Assembly (NCBI GenBank): GCA_040954595.2
Contig: CM082583.2
Coordinates: forward strand, 280,542 to 344,541
DNA from: Balanoglossus misakiensis
Taxonomy: Eukaryota > Animalia > Hemichordata
Direction of reading: 5' to 3'
DNA: 64,000 nucleotides
Shown here: piece by piece, positions 12,990 through 26,145 of the stretch
Numbering within the stretch: position 1 is the first letter of the stretch
Layout: each line of letters starts with the position of its first letter
Made by a program: the position numbers and the translations under genes
Notes under the pieces: model-generated
Database searches by the model: none
What the model saw: the letters and a program-made list of their open reading frames with translations, nothing else
Told to the model about the DNA's origin: nothing

Positions 12990-13898
12990 CTGCAGTGTGA
13001 ATAAAAATATTGCCATTTACTTTGTAATATATCCAAAATCAGAAAAGGGCATACTGGTAAATGTTATCTGCATTATTATGAAGGCGTTTTTACATTCCTG
13101 GATCACATAAGCTTGTATTGTAAAGGCTAAAGCTCCGTATGTATTGTAACTTTCCCGGTTGCTGTGTTACAAGAGTTTATTTTCCTCAGGAAGCTTGTTG
13201 AAAAAAAGGTGTGTTTGATTCGTGTCTGATATTGGAGTTGTCCCCTTTCCATGTTCATGATTCCACAAACAGAACCAAATCAAATCCATCAGAAATAACA
13301 TTATCCAGCCTGTGGAAATACCTAAGTAAAAGGCCAGAGATTATCACTTGTTCTGCATATGACAGAAAATAAATACTGCTAAATACTGGCACAAGTTTGC
13401 AGTCCATAAACCCCGGTGCAGGGTATAAAAAGCCCCCCAAATCAGTGGCTAATCTTAATGCCGTTTGACTGACAACAGACAATACCAACGATCTCGGCTC
13501 TATGAAAATTGGCCCAAACAGGTCCAAGCATACAGAATTACACCACACAACGACAGTAGTTGGCTTTATAAACACACACAACATAAAGTTATCGACGAAA
13601 AAGTAAACGAGCTTTGGAAACAACGATGATTTTGGGAGAAATCTGGTTTCAGTGCTTTTCAGAACAATGGATCGCGTCCCTGGGAAACAATGGCCACGCA
13701 ATTCAAACAGCTGTCAATCGCATGGAGTTGTAAAGTGTTCAATTATTTTCAATGTACATGAGATCAATTACACAGTTGATATGCACGATGACCACTCCCA
13801 AATAAAGAACTATACAAACACACGTTAATCCGAATCCCCGGCCTTTTACGCACCAGGGTTTAAGAACTCCCTCATCTTTGGCTTATTCAGTAACTGAC

Positions 13899-14037
13899 CT
13901 TTTGTTGCAACGCTGGAAGCAAGTTTGCCTTGTGAAGCTGTTCATATTCTGATACCATGTGAATCAGTTTGATAATGTTAACATCCTTCTCACTGCCTTT
14001 CAGTAAAGATGGTGTAATCAGGAGAATATCATCATGT
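13899..14037 (-). pseudogene. PRKDC: PRKDC exon
   Basis: ...DVNIIKLIHMVSEYEQLHKANLL resembles [23 protein letters not shown]; phase 2 to 0, AG/GT. Confidence 0.82.
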
Positions 14038-14113
14038 CTGTAATAGATAATGATAAGACACTGTCATTTTGGTGGTCTATTTTGCTCAGAGATTATGAGG
14101 ATCTAATGACAGA

Positions 14114-14114
<1 letters not shown>

Positions 14115-14152
<38 letters not shown>
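14115..14152. repeat. (GAT)n microsatellite
   Basis: Seen directly. Confidence 0.95.
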
Positions 14153-14215
14153 AACAGAGAGACTTAATTCCATTTCATTAGCACTCTGAGTCACTGAATG
14201 ATTATCAATCCTTAC

Positions 14216-14310
14216 CCTTTCTGGCCAAGCATCTTCTGGATACATTTTTTCAAATCCATCACAACACTCTTAGGTGCTTTCTGTGCAAGCAGTCCCAGTA
14301 ATTGTCAAGT
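14216..14310 (-). pseudogene. PRKDC: PRKDC exon with an in-frame TGA at codon 2
   Basis: gcag|ACT TGA CAA TTA CTG...AAA GG|gtaag; T*QLLGLLAQKAPKSVVMDLKKCIQKMLGQK; position and phase fit neighbours. Confidence 0.75.
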
Positions 14311-14430
14311 CTGCTCCCAATGATAAAATAACAATTATAAATATCATATCATGCTACAATCTGCCAGTCTGAATGGATGAGAGCTCAACCAAATAATGCT
14401 TAGCACTTCCAAACCCGGCCCTTTAACTAG

Positions 14431-14610
14431 TAGTGCAGGAGCTTAACCCCACATTTTGGCATAATTGTGCACTTTGGGTTAAAAGCATAAAACTTGGTAC
14501 ACTTATGCATTGACCCATGGCGGCCATTTTCTGATATGGATCCAAAATGACAGCCAAGTTTCATGCTTTTAACCCAAAGTGCACGATTTTTTTTGTTAAC
14601 TGCCCCACTA
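14431..14610. mobile_element. Short TAGTG...CACTA element, 3-bp TSD (TAG); internally deleted relative of 36930-38815 (Academ-like non-autonomous)
   Basis: TAG|TAGTGCAGGAG...CTGCCCCACTA|TAG. Confidence 0.75.
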
Positions 14611-14969
14611 TAGCATGCTAAAGAGTAAATTCATGCCATTCTCATTATGTATCATTTCTTTGCAAAAAAAAATTCTTCCACAAAGGCACCTGACAAATGG
14701 GACCGCATAATATTGATCTCTTCATTTTGGCACAACATAGTTCCAAATTTCATCCTAACAAGTTTTATTTGACAATCAAAATTAGCTGATGTATGTATTT
14801 GATAAACATATCTTTCTCGTCATTAGTCCTCACTCGTGTACCTGTGTTACAGACTATTGATTCCCCTTATAGCTGCAATCCCCCCATAAGGGAATCACTC
14901 ATCCACAACACAGACACACTTGTTTAAAATATGGGAAAAAACGTTATAAATTCTTATAATAATACTTAC

Positions 14970-15096
14970 CCTGGCAGGTAAGTTATTGATGACTTCAACA
15001 TCAGCCATGTCAAAACCAAGAGATGTGGGGTCTAAAACACAAGCTGGTGATGCATTCGTACAAATGGGTGCTCCACAAGGTGCTTGGGATGGACTG
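14970..15096 (-). pseudogene. PRKDC: PRKDC exon with a +1 frameshift
   Basis: SIPSTLWSTHLYECIT, then in another frame ACVLDPTSLGFDMADVEVINNLPAR, resembling [36 protein letters not shown]; 127 or 124 bp between phase-0 junctions. Confidence 0.88.
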
Positions 15097-15160
15097 CTAA
15101 AGCAAAACATCAAATCCGTAATCAAAAAATTGGTGTCATTCATTACACTATTAACACTGT

Positions 15161-15265
15161 ATAGAGGCTTAATGAGGCCACAGGAATATATATTTTTTAT
15201 TTCATGAATTTTTTATTACAGGCATGAAATAAAAAAATTACTCCTGTGGCCTCATTAAGCCTCTG
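15161..15265. repeat. Palindromic MITE-like inverted repeat
   Basis: AGAGGCTTAATGAGGCCACAGGA / TCCTGTGGCCTCATTAAGCCTCT. Confidence 0.75.
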
Positions 15266-15420
15266 TAACACTGCATGGTTAAAATAGTAATTTGTGTGTA
15301 TTTTGTACTTACAATCACCGCATTTGAATGAATCAATGGGACACTTAGAAGAAAACAAAAATAATTATCATTCATTGTCTTACTTCAAACTGAATGTGAT
15401 AATGTCATCATATAAATGTC

Positions 15421-16090
15421 TTTATCATACATGCAACGCCTGTATTTGGCACTTTCTATTGTTCTCGCCCCGAAGATATTTTACAGTACTACACTGAGTG
15501 CAATATATCTTCACTCCGCGTCTCGAACTATTTTTGAGAACGCGCGGCGCGACAGTTCGCTGCGTGTGCGCGCGACGTATGGGGCATAGGACACTAGAGG
15601 AGAGGGGTGTTGTAAAATTCGGTTATTAGAAGCTGTAATAACGTTTTCAAAGCTGGCAGTTTTGCCATGTTGAACGTATCATTTTTACTTCTTTGAAATT
15701 CTCAATGCAAAATAATTGTTAACATGATATTTTGAAAGAGAACGTAGACAATTTTATTTAGAATGCGGATGTGCCCATCGTAATGAAAGCTGCCAACCCC
15801 CTTAAAATGATACTACGGCCCACACGTCATACGTCACAACATGGCTACTGCCGTGATCCCAGGGCGCCCGTTCAAATTTGAAATCGTTTTTCTCGGCGCA
15901 TTTTCGCAAATTGTACTGTTTTATAGGTAGGCATGTATGATAAAGGGGTTATTACACGAATTTTGGTCGATAACGCGACGCATTCTCATGATCTCCGTAT
16001 TTTGACTTGTTGCTTCGCAACTCGTCCAAAAACGGACATCACTCGAATACGACGCGTTATCGACCAAAATTCGTGTAATAACCCCTAAAT
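15421..16090. mobile_element. Hairpin-ended non-autonomous element
   Basis: TTTATCATACATGC...GCATGTATGATAAA, then hairpin ~15944-16086 with tip GTTGC-TTC-GCAAC. Confidence 0.75.
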
Positions 16091-16108
16091 ATGGGCTGCA
16101 AACGTATA

Positions 16109-16269
16109 CTGTAAAACAGGTTATTTTCATGAAAGAGGCAACTGTTATGCGAGAATTAATTTTCACTTTCCATATTTTCATTTATTGCATCGTTATCTGT
16201 CAAAAACATTTTTTGGCTCTCGTGTATCTCGCGAAAATTTATTGCTCGCGAAAATAAACTGTTTTACAG
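16109..16269. mobile_element. Tc1/mariner-type MITE, TA TSD
   Basis: TA|CTGTAAAACAG...CTGTTTTACAG|TA. Confidence 0.7.
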
Positions 16270-16665
16270 TACCTTTAGACATCAATAACCAAATGAATAT
16301 ATTCACTCTTAACCCTTTCACCCCCTAATCCCTCTAAAGAGGTCCAATTTCACCATAGAAACAATTGTGGTAACAGGGTTAGAGCAGCTTTTAAAGGGCA
16401 TGTCATACTTGTCTTTGAACTTCAAGTAACTAGGTAAATGCATATTGAACCAGTAAATTATATTTGAAGAATTTGCAGAGGCAAGGAAAATTATCACAAA
16501 GTGGATGAAGTGAGATATAACAGGTGAATGGCTGGTCTGACTGGACAGTTCTAATCAACAACACTTTTTACAAGTACTGTTTAACCCTTTCAAAGCCATG
16601 GTTCAGTCCAAACGCATTGTTTCCTATGGAATGTACGACCTCTAAAGAGAGAACTTGGGTGAAAT

Positions 16666-17003
16666 GGGACAAAGTCTCTCTCTTGCTGCCTTTTCCATAA
16701 ATTATGTTTGATACAAGACACTGTTTATGTTATTCTACATGTGGATATATAGTGAATCAACGTTCAACCACACACAACTTCCATCCCACTTTCAGACACT
16801 AGAGTGAAAAAGTCACCAAATTGAATAATTGGTGTTTACCGTTTATTCATTTTGGCGAGATTTTTACTCTCATATGCTTCAAATGGGATGGAAGGTGTGT
16901 GTGGTCGAACGTTGATTCACTATATATCCACATGACATAAACGGTGTCTAGTATCAAACATAGTTAATGGATAAAAGGCAGCGAGAGAGAGACTTTGTTC
17001 CTC
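16666..17003. mobile_element. Palindromic MITE, family of 1679-1984
   Basis: GGGACAAAGTCTCTCTC...GAGAGAGACTTTGTTCC. Confidence 0.8.
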
Positions 17004-17191
17004 TAAAGTATACCTTAAATCACTACTCATAATCAATATTGTTTTATGTAATTTTTTGTTGGATCAACCTCACCCTTCTTATATCACATAAACAGAAATA
17101 AAATTGATAAAATGTCCCTTGTATAACAAAAATAGCATAAATGACACTGTGCTCACATTTTGAGGCGAAAAACTGCATCCTTCATCCTTAC

Positions 17192-17421
17192 CTTTCCCAA
17201 TTCATTGGAGTGGAGAGCCAGCAAGACAGTCAGGAAATCAGTCAATCGAACAATGATAGTACATTCGCTCTTGTTGTAACTTTCCATCTCTCTTGAAGTA
17301 AACACCAGTCCTTGCACAGTTGTGTCAAAACACTTGGCTGCACCATAGATATCTTCTAACGCAAGCTTTGTCAGAAAGAACTCCAGCGATTTAAACAGAC
17401 TGCTGGTTTTTTGCACTTTGC
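17192..17421 (-). pseudogene. PRKDC: PRKDC exon
   Basis: SSLFKSLEFFLTKLALEDIYGAAKCF...SREMESYNKSECTIIVRLTDFLTVLL resembles [26 protein letters not shown]...[25 protein letters not shown]; phase 1 to 0. Confidence 0.93.
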
Positions 17422-18002
17422 CTGTGTGCAAAGATAGAATAAATTCAAATAATGACACACTAGTTGTCAGAAAAAATTCAATTCAAGCTCAAGCAAATTC
17501 TTTGGCTTAGGATAGGTCAATTTGTCTGTTAAATATTAGGCCAAAGTAAATTCTTTGTGTTACATCCACACAAATATAAGTTTTCAAATGTTTTCAAGTA
17601 AAACACATGCAAAGTTTTCTTGGGAAATTTTTCTTATGGACAATATTGTCTCACAAAATTAAGTCATGACTCTGTGCAGTCATAAGACAGCCACTGAACC
17701 AAATCACTACAGGGACATTCATATAGCATGACAAAATGAAGGAAAAATTGTTTTGTACTAGATTTTTGTTGTGTACTGTTTTATAACCGTTTAGCCACCT
17801 AGCTAACAGAATACTCAGTGGGTGCAAAATAAAGAATTTACTTTAATATTTTGGCCTTATGTCTATTCTGCAAATACAAGCACAGTGTTTTATTTGGGTA
17901 ATACACAGTGCTTTAGAAGACCCAACCTACCGGTAATAGGTTAGCCATTTATGCACCTGTATTACACCTGTTCAAAGAGTAAATTGATTGATGAGGAACG
18001 AA

Positions 18003-20516
18003 CACTGGGCAAAATGATTGATATACGACAATATACGTAAAACTACTAAGTTTGTACATTTGACATATACGTTTCATATACGTGCATTTACGTAACAAAT
18101 GCAAGCTGCTAGATATGTGTACAAATACGTGAAGTATACATCATGTACACGTTCTCTTACATATACGTTCCGCAGATCTACGCATTTGTAGTTATTTTCT
18201 TCCGAATCGTGTGCCTACAGTATACATCCATGTATATGTACGTATATTCATGCTAATTATTAGGATTATTTGGACCACCCGTTTTTAAAAGCAAACGCTT
18301 TCAAAAGTTTGATGAAAGATCTGGGTCGCACTTCTGCGGCCACTTTATGTCGCAAAACGCTGGTTGTTTTACGACGTTTTACGACGTCCACCTCCGGTAC
18401 ATAGAAACACCAGCACCGCTGGCAGTCACTGTACGCCGTCAACCGTGTGCATAAGTTTGTTTCAACACCAGAAAAAGCGAAAGAAGAGTTGTCACAGAAA
18501 CTCGATAGTCTGGACGCAGAACAGAAGTCTTTGAGGGAAAATCGACATGCGGCGGTGATAATCTATGCACCAACAAAGGAAGACCGGATCGTATGATTTT
18601 TGTAAGTTTAAACATACATCGTGTTTTGGTCTTGTCCATATCCACCCCACCCAGGTGTCTGCGTTTTGACACTATTTCTACTCGTTGTTAGTCCGAGTCC
18701 TTTTTATTTCTGCCGTTTGCATTAGTGCATCAAGCATGTCTATGTAGAACGAGAAACAGGTTTTGATTGACAATTTGACATTTCCACCAAGCATTTGTAT
18801 TGTTATCTCAAATGTCCCTTGTTTTACTTTGCAGCGGCAGGTAAAGCACTCAGCTTTATGTAACCATAGAAGATTCATCTGATACAACCAACGAGTAAGT
18901 ATATCTCTTTTATTCTTAGACTTTTCATTCAATTTGGTGTAGTATGATTTATAACATTGAGCATAACCCGTAGAGATTAAAGACGCGGAACATCGGCCAA
19001 GATCAAAGGCCTTGAGGATTAGCTAGAACAAAAGATAAACAAACTGGGTTGATTTCCATGTGTGCGCTACAGCTTGGTGTTTCATGGTTGACGACAAACA
19101 AAAGATGCATATAAGCGCGGGATTGCTGGATTGCCAGAATAGCTGACGTTCAGATATTTTAGCAGCTACTGAGCTTGGATACTTGGTAGCTCTAACCATG
19201 CTCTTACGCGTGATAGTTACAACTATTCAGTCATAACTATTTGACCTCGGTTGCGATAACAGCACACTGAATCTGTATGCTTTTTGTACCTTGTCAACAT
19301 GACAGATAACAAAGTATACATTTGGAAGGTGTGAAGACATTTCCCATGGCCCGATTTGTTGAATGCAAATGAGACATTTTCACCCATAAACTAAAAACAA
19401 TGGGGGACGTTTATTATAAACTTAAACAGTGCACTGTCATGTTGGCGACAAAGGTAAAAAAAGAACGGACTGACTTGTCGCTGTGTTCCAGGTGAAGGTA
19501 TTTACAGCCCACTCTATATAAACTGCCAGTGGTTCAGACTTACCAAAAGTTGTAGCTCATAGGCACTGCAGTCAAAGATAAGTGCTTAAGATGACCAAAC
19601 TAAATACTCTTTTTCTTTTCTTTTTGACAGCTTCTACAGAGTCATGGCAAGATGTTGGATTTTGAAGACAAATCTTAATAGGATAACATGGTGCAAGCAG
19701 GCGATCTGATGATGTCAGATGAAGCAAATTTTTCATGGTATTTTGGAGTTACTGAATGAAGCTAGACATTGAGGATTATTTTTCAGATTTTAGGTTTGCA
19801 TTTAAAAACAAAACACTTTGTTCTTTGTCCATGTAATGTCTTTAATCATTTTATATGTTTTAAATAAAATTACCTTTTAAGTGAATTTTATTATGTGAGC
19901 AGTTTTTTGTTGATGCATGATGGGAGGAAGTGTATCGGCTTGAAATAGGCTTTTACCGATTTGTTGCTATTGAGCTGCTTTGAAATGCAGTTGCATCTCA
20001 AAGCAGATTAATAGTAACAAATTTACAGCAAAGGTGAATAAGAAGGAAAGGTCAAATCCTGACCATGAAGGATGACCCCAGAATTGTGACCTTTGGGGTA
20101 ATTTAAATATGACCCCAAAATTATTTTGCAAATATTTGCTAACAATGATGACATAATGTATGGTAATTTCTGGAAGGGTCTGCGTTAAATATACGTAAAA
20201 ATACCAGGAACGTGAACTCAACTATGCAAATAGCAAGGAAGATATGCACTGAGAATGTGTACAAATACGTTGGAATGTTCATAGTGTGCACTTGATCTGC
20301 ATTGGTCTGCGTTGTGCACACCCGTGATCTTCATAGATATACGTGCACGTATACTAACACATTGGTATGTTCCATATACGTGAATATACGTCACATATAC
20401 GTGGTGCAGATTGTAGATGTACAACTGTGCAGACTATTGTATACTTGCGCATATTCTTGATCTACGTGTCCATATACGTGAAAATACTGAATGTATATCA
20501 ACCTTTTTGCCCAGTG
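18003..20516. mobile_element. EnSpm/CACTA-like element with CACTG termini, 3-bp TSD GAA and a decayed interior
   Basis: GAA|CACTGGGCAAAA...TTTTGCCCAGTG|GAA; TATACGT-rich subterminal repeats. Confidence 0.75.
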
Positions 20517-20652
20517 GAACTAATCAAAGACAACCTTATGAGATTGCTTGTGTTTCAAATGAACAATACTACATGCTGTTTTACATTAGGTAGTGTTGCT
20601 GTAAAAAATAAAACTCCACAAACAAACTTCATTTTTTTATTTGTTGTGTTGA

Positions 20653-21874
20653 TTATCACATGAACTGGCCTGTATAGCCACCAGTGTGACGAAGAACAGG
20701 TCGAACAAAAAATCCGAATTTTCCCCTGTTCTACGTCATCAACCGGAACTATTTTCACTGATTCGCCCGTCGCTATAACTTCCTTGTAAAACGGAATAAC
20801 AAGTGCATAAACCCGTAGTTGTACACGATTGAAATAAAAATGACGGTTCCATGACGGTTGTGAAAGAATATTGCTTGGTAAAAGCAATACGAGAAAGGTA
20901 GAATTTGAAAAGTCAACGCTACGATCGTGAATGTGTGCTTGCAGCTAGCCAGCCTGGTCGATCCCAAGCGAGCCAGCACACTTGATTTTAGGCTTACGGA
21001 AGTTACGAGAATGATTTCGAGCCACCTGAACGGGACGACTAACACTCTGTATTCTGTTCACCGGTCAACGAAATGTATAAGACGTGGAAAAACGTCGCAG
21101 TTCATTTGTTTGAGAATCGAAAACATTTGTGTGGGGTTCGAGGATGAGATTCTGTACGAGGGTTGTAGTTTCTGCGGAAACACAACAGCGCTGACTAGCC
21201 AGGCCGAAGCAAACACAACCTTGAACATCTTTCCTGCACTAATATTTTTAATATCCTGTCACAATATACGGTTTTAGGATATATGGCAATGGAACTGTGA
21301 TATTTTTTCATAAAGTTTTACATGAAGCGCGTCATTTTTTCTGTCAAACTGTGACTTGCAGCATAACTTTGCGGGCGAACCCGACGCGATGACTTGTGTT
21401 GACATGTACACAGCGCGAGACGATGATTGACAGGCAGAATGTATCAAAATTCTGGCCCATGTGACTGACTCCGCGAATCTGATTGGTAGACAAGACGCAA
21501 AAGTGTATAAACTTGAAAGTCGATTTCACTTTATGAATGAAAGGGATTCCATTATTAGCATATCTCGTGGGGGCCACAGATCGTTGCGCAGGGGAAAGAA
21601 CGTAATCCCGCTAAATAAACTGCAAGGCCGCTCGAATATTTTAGCAAGATATTGGAATATTTTTATCCTACCTCTTCTAACGAAAATAAGAAGACTGTTC
21701 ATGTGATAAATATATAATCCCATGATATTTTTCTTTGTTTAACATCATCGTATACTCGTGGTTTTCGCGGAGTCGTACAACTTCTGGCCTACGGCACGAA
21801 GTTGCACGGCTCCGCAAAAACCACTCGTATACGATGACGTCAAACAAAGAAAAATATCATGGGATTATGTATAA
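20653..21874. mobile_element. Hairpin-ended non-autonomous element (~1.2 kb); relatives at 36451-39579 and 58295-58787
   Basis: TTATCACATGAAC...GTTCATGTGATAA, then a ~160-bp hairpin 21710-21873. Confidence 0.8.
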
Positions 21875-22287
21875 GAACAATTGACCGATGTATGTGAAGA
21901 TTGACTGGTACCCTGCCTCAGTGACAAACATCAAAGAGGCAGGTAAGCACAAACCGCCATATTTAGAATTGTGGAATCTCATTGGCTAATAAACAAACTT
22001 TCTATTACTTCCAGGCTAGAGTCAATCTGTCACGTTTCTTGGCAATCATTTTTACCCTTCCTTAATAATCATATTTTAAAAATCGCGACAAGAATGCCCC
22101 ACGTACTGTTGAGATCAAACTGACATATTTCTTCACTCAGACTGCTATCTGCTAAATACTGTGAGGACATGTAACGCACACCTGCAAAGTACATCACTAT
22201 CAATATCATTGAGAATTGGTTAAGTTTTAACCCTTCCCCCCCCTTCGGAATGGTCCCCTCTATAGAGGTCCAACTTTACCATCGAAA

Positions 22288-22895
22288 AAAATCGCATCAA
22301 GGACACGGCGGTCCCATTGAGTGATTACAAAGAAAAAGTCTACACCGGAGTACAGGGCCATATACAGACACACACACACACACATAGCGAGAGATCAATG
22401 GGCAAACACTGACTGACCCATAAGCTGCCATGGCATATGTACTACACATACACTAAATAGAACAGCTGGCCTCTTTAAAACTTAGCCAGTCATGTAATCA
22501 TTCAGAAATTTGCCGTGTTCATATGAATCACAGGAGGGGAGTTCCTGCCTAATTAAACCAACTCAATAAAGTAAATACACACCACTTTGCAAAGCAATCT
22601 GACCAGTACTTCTTGAGTTACTGAGTTTTGCCCAAATTCACATTTTTCCAGCTAATTTGCATATTTTTGGCAATGACAACTTCATTTGAACAAACTCCCA
22701 TCTAGAGCCCAGCCTGCATCAGCAAACCAAATATCAAGGTGATACACGCAGCGGTTTACAAGTTTTTGATGTGGACGGACATACAGACATCCATCCATCC
22801 ATCTATCCATCCATCCATCCATACATACATACACACATACATACAAACGCATCCGATCCCATAAGGTCCCATAGTACATACCAATGGGACCCAAA
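22288..22895 (+). mobile_element. HINE-like element; an uninterrupted version of the repeat the Academ element inserted into
   Basis: Colinear with 11855-12492 and with the flanks 28872-28927 plus 40651-40770. Confidence 0.7.
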
Positions 22896-23128
22896 AAACC
22901 AACAGTTTATGATGGAAGTGAAGCTAAAATTAATGCAACTACTGACACAAATGTACGTAAGTTTTACAACAGACATGCGCATTAGACCATTTCCAGAGTG
23001 TCAAAAAACCAACACATTACAAAATGGTGGATGGCCTGTATCTGTGTCTGTCTTCGTGAGGTGTCTTGCTTAGTCACGTGAGACGCAGTGTTCAGCGAAT
23101 ATGTGAAGACAAAAATTTCAGACCCAAC

Positions 23129-23316
23129 CTGAAAACAAGTCTGCTGGTCCTAGTAACTTCTCACCAAACACCCAGGTGTAACAATCCAGTGCAGCTAACA
23201 GCCAGTCATACCAGTTCATTGCCACTTTGACAGAAAATGTCTCTGCCATGCTCTCCATAGTTGGGTGTTTAGAAATCCCAGTCCTGTGTCCAGCCTTTCC
23301 ACCTCCAGATTCAAAT
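23129..23316 (-). pseudogene. PRKDC: PRKDC exon, the 5'-most one found in the window
   Basis: FESGGGK...GISKHPTM...FSVKVAMNWYDWLLAALDCYTWVFGEK resembles FEGGGCGQPSGILAQPTL...[27 protein letters not shown]; AG/GT. Confidence 0.93.
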
Positions 23317-23871
23317 CTGTCAACAATGAACAGTAAACAGGACTGAGTAATCACAATTGGTGATGGACTGGATTTCAGCAGAAATGAAAAAAAATGTTCT
23401 GAAAGATCAAACAAAGAAATGTGTAAACAGTCAAACATTGTCATCTGTGTCAATCTACTTACAGGTAACATGACTACAGGAGCTTCAGCCAAGCCAAGCT
23501 TTTCACTTGGGAGATTATTGAAATCAATTTAAAACTCAGTAACTCCAACTTCGGGTTATTTTCTCAATACTTTTGTTTTGGTGGTCACCTTTCATTGAAC
23601 AATGAATGGGCAAGTGCTCGCTCACTTCTTCAGTGAATTTCACTGTTTGTTTATCTTATCATAAAAACTTGGGCACCACAGTCCTTTGGAAAACAATATT
23701 CATGTGTGGTGATTTAAATCAATGATGCAAGAAGCAGAATTAATCACAGGATTAATGGCTTCTGATTGAAAAATACTAAATGCTTAATATGCCATATGCC
23801 GCACACAGAGTGATCACATAAGTCAATTGAACCTCTGTTCCAAAGGACTAAAATGATTGCAACGTTTTAAT

Positions 23872-24442
23872 TAAGCAATAACCCCCGCCGCAGGCGGGTA
23901 TACACGAGATTTGGGTACAATTCGAGACATATAGCACGAGCCGTCAGGCGAGTGCTATATGGAGGGAATTGTACCCAAATCGAGTGTATACCCGACTGAG
24001 GCGGGGGTTATTGCTATTATATTATATCAACAACTGTTTTTGTGGCATATCAGTGTCATTTTCGTACCGAAACGGCGTCAGAAAGAGAAATTACGATCGT
24101 GAACCAAAATGGCGACGACGAATGTAAACACGCGCGGCCGGGATCGAGCATTAAACATGCAGCAGACGACAAAAAGTGACAAGACGGGCATCGCGCGTGG
24201 CAAAGCGACAAATATATCCACAGAGCAGTTCCAAAATAAAACGTCCGTTAATTCAACAGTATTTTTGTTTTATTTATTTGGTTTAAACACGCGCGACTGT
24301 GGTTTAACCGCACATTTTTGCTGCCGAATGCTAGTTCAGGGGCCCGTTTTACCACTGCTAGCCATGGTAAAACAGTATTTTACCATCGCTGGATTCAGCT
24401 CTCGTCCAATCAGAATCACGGACGGTAGCATGATATAATATA
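23872..24442. mobile_element. Hairpin-ended non-autonomous element
   Basis: Hairpin ~23875-24014 with tip GCAC-GA-GCC-GTCA-GGC-GA-GTGC; body TATTATATCA...TGATATAATA. Confidence 0.75.
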
Positions 24443-25086
24443 ATATTATATTTATTTTACAAAAACTTGCATCTGAGCTTTACTTTAAAATACTTCCATT
24501 TACTAGTAGTACAAGTACACATCAGTTAACATTGACAGCTAGGCATGATGTCATAGATGTAGGACTTCAAAATTGACATTCTAAACAGTGGGGGCGCTCT
24601 ATCATAGTAGGTTTTAATGAACATGTGTATTTAATTTCGTGAATCAGATATATTGATGAAAACTGCGTATTTTCACATACGCTTATAGTTAAGGCATTTG
24701 CTGTATCTAGTCACATTACAGTAATACACCAGACATGTTCTTTTACTCAACTCAATGTATGTAAGTTCAATTTCTGACACACTCAGATTACCCAAGTCCA
24801 TGTGACCAACTCTATTGCAAGTATACAGACTTGAACTCCAGAAAACTAGTCACCTACAATACTTGAACTGGAGCCACATCCAAAACTTGACTTTGAGATC
24901 TTTTATCAAATCAGTTTTCCTTTTAGAATTATAATTCCCATGCAATTTTTGTGACAGAAGAAATAAAGATATTCCCAGAAAAAAAAACAGTTTTCTCTTT
25001 AAAGATCCAACCTTACCATAGAAAACAAACGGGTTTAGACTGAACCATGGTGGTGATAGGGTTAAGCCAGAGCATGTATCAAAATA

Positions 25087-25250
25087 CAGTAAAACCTGTC
25101 TCAACCGAACCCTGTTGGGAAACCTGTCTATTCCAAAGACATTGTTCAAACCCTTTGACATGGAACCACATGTTGAAAGAACCCTTTAAATTGGACACCT
25201 GCAATCTGAACAATTTCTTCAGTCCCTTTGGTGTTAGACGGGTTTGACTG
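25087..25250. mobile_element. Tc1/mariner-type MITE, TA TSD
   Basis: TA|CAGTAAAACC...GGTTTGACTG|TA. Confidence 0.7.
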
Positions 25251-26033
25251 TACTTGAAAGTGCAATTGAACAAAAATGCTAAAACTATAATTGCAGACAG
25301 TCAGTATATTTAGGCTGGGCATCATCTACATAGTTCCCAGAGTCAATAATGTCACAGTATTCCATTTCTCTATGTACCAAATTGTCATAAAACATTGCTA
25401 TGCAGTCATGTTACCCTTCCAAGACGCGAACACGAGGCCAGTTGGTTACAGAGTAAAAACTTGAGAGTCTTGTGTATCAACACTATAGTTGGGACTTATG
25501 TTCGACAGCCACATTTTATTGTAAGGTCAGTTTTACACGCAACTTGTATCATGTATAAAACAAACTAGATGAGCTCGAGCAGTACTCTACTGACCGCCTT
25601 TTTCACATTGTCTGCATTGAGATGACACTTAATTTTGGAAGGCTGCCCTCTTTATGAAAAATGTCATGATTGTGTTACACGTAAAACAGACAGAAATCAA
25701 CACAACAGCTGTCAAACCTGCTCATTATGGCTAGTGAAGGGACTTTTCTAAACTGGCCTTTATAGATAGGTGGCCATTATACCTTGTAGAAAAGTCAATT
25801 AATGTAGTTGTAAATTGCACAGGGACTAGAATAAAGTGGCCACTATATAGAGGTGGCTGCCTAATAGAGGTGGCCACTAACAGGTTTGACTGTATGTTGA
25901 TCTGTGTCATGAATAGCAGACATTTACCAATGACTGATTGTACAATATATGATTTCAGTGTCACATATACATGTATAAGACACTAAGTACAAACCCATAC
26001 ATCTTACTTTCTCTCCAAATTGTAGATACTCAC

Positions 26034-26145
26034 AAACGCATGTATGTTGAATCCTGGTCTGCAACCACACTCTGGTAACTGGTTGGTGTGTTGCAACCTA
26101 CTTGTTGGCATGGTGACAAACCAGCTTGATCGCACTCATTGTCAT
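26034..26145 (-). pseudogene. Degenerate cbEGF exon (copy B 48626-48737)
   Basis: DDNECDQAGLSPCQQVGCNTPTSYQ / frameshift / CGCRPGF. Confidence 0.7.

Noticed and set aside
13255-13701. 148-aa ORF or retroelement remnant in a PRKDC intron
   Set aside because: No motif I can assign on either strand.
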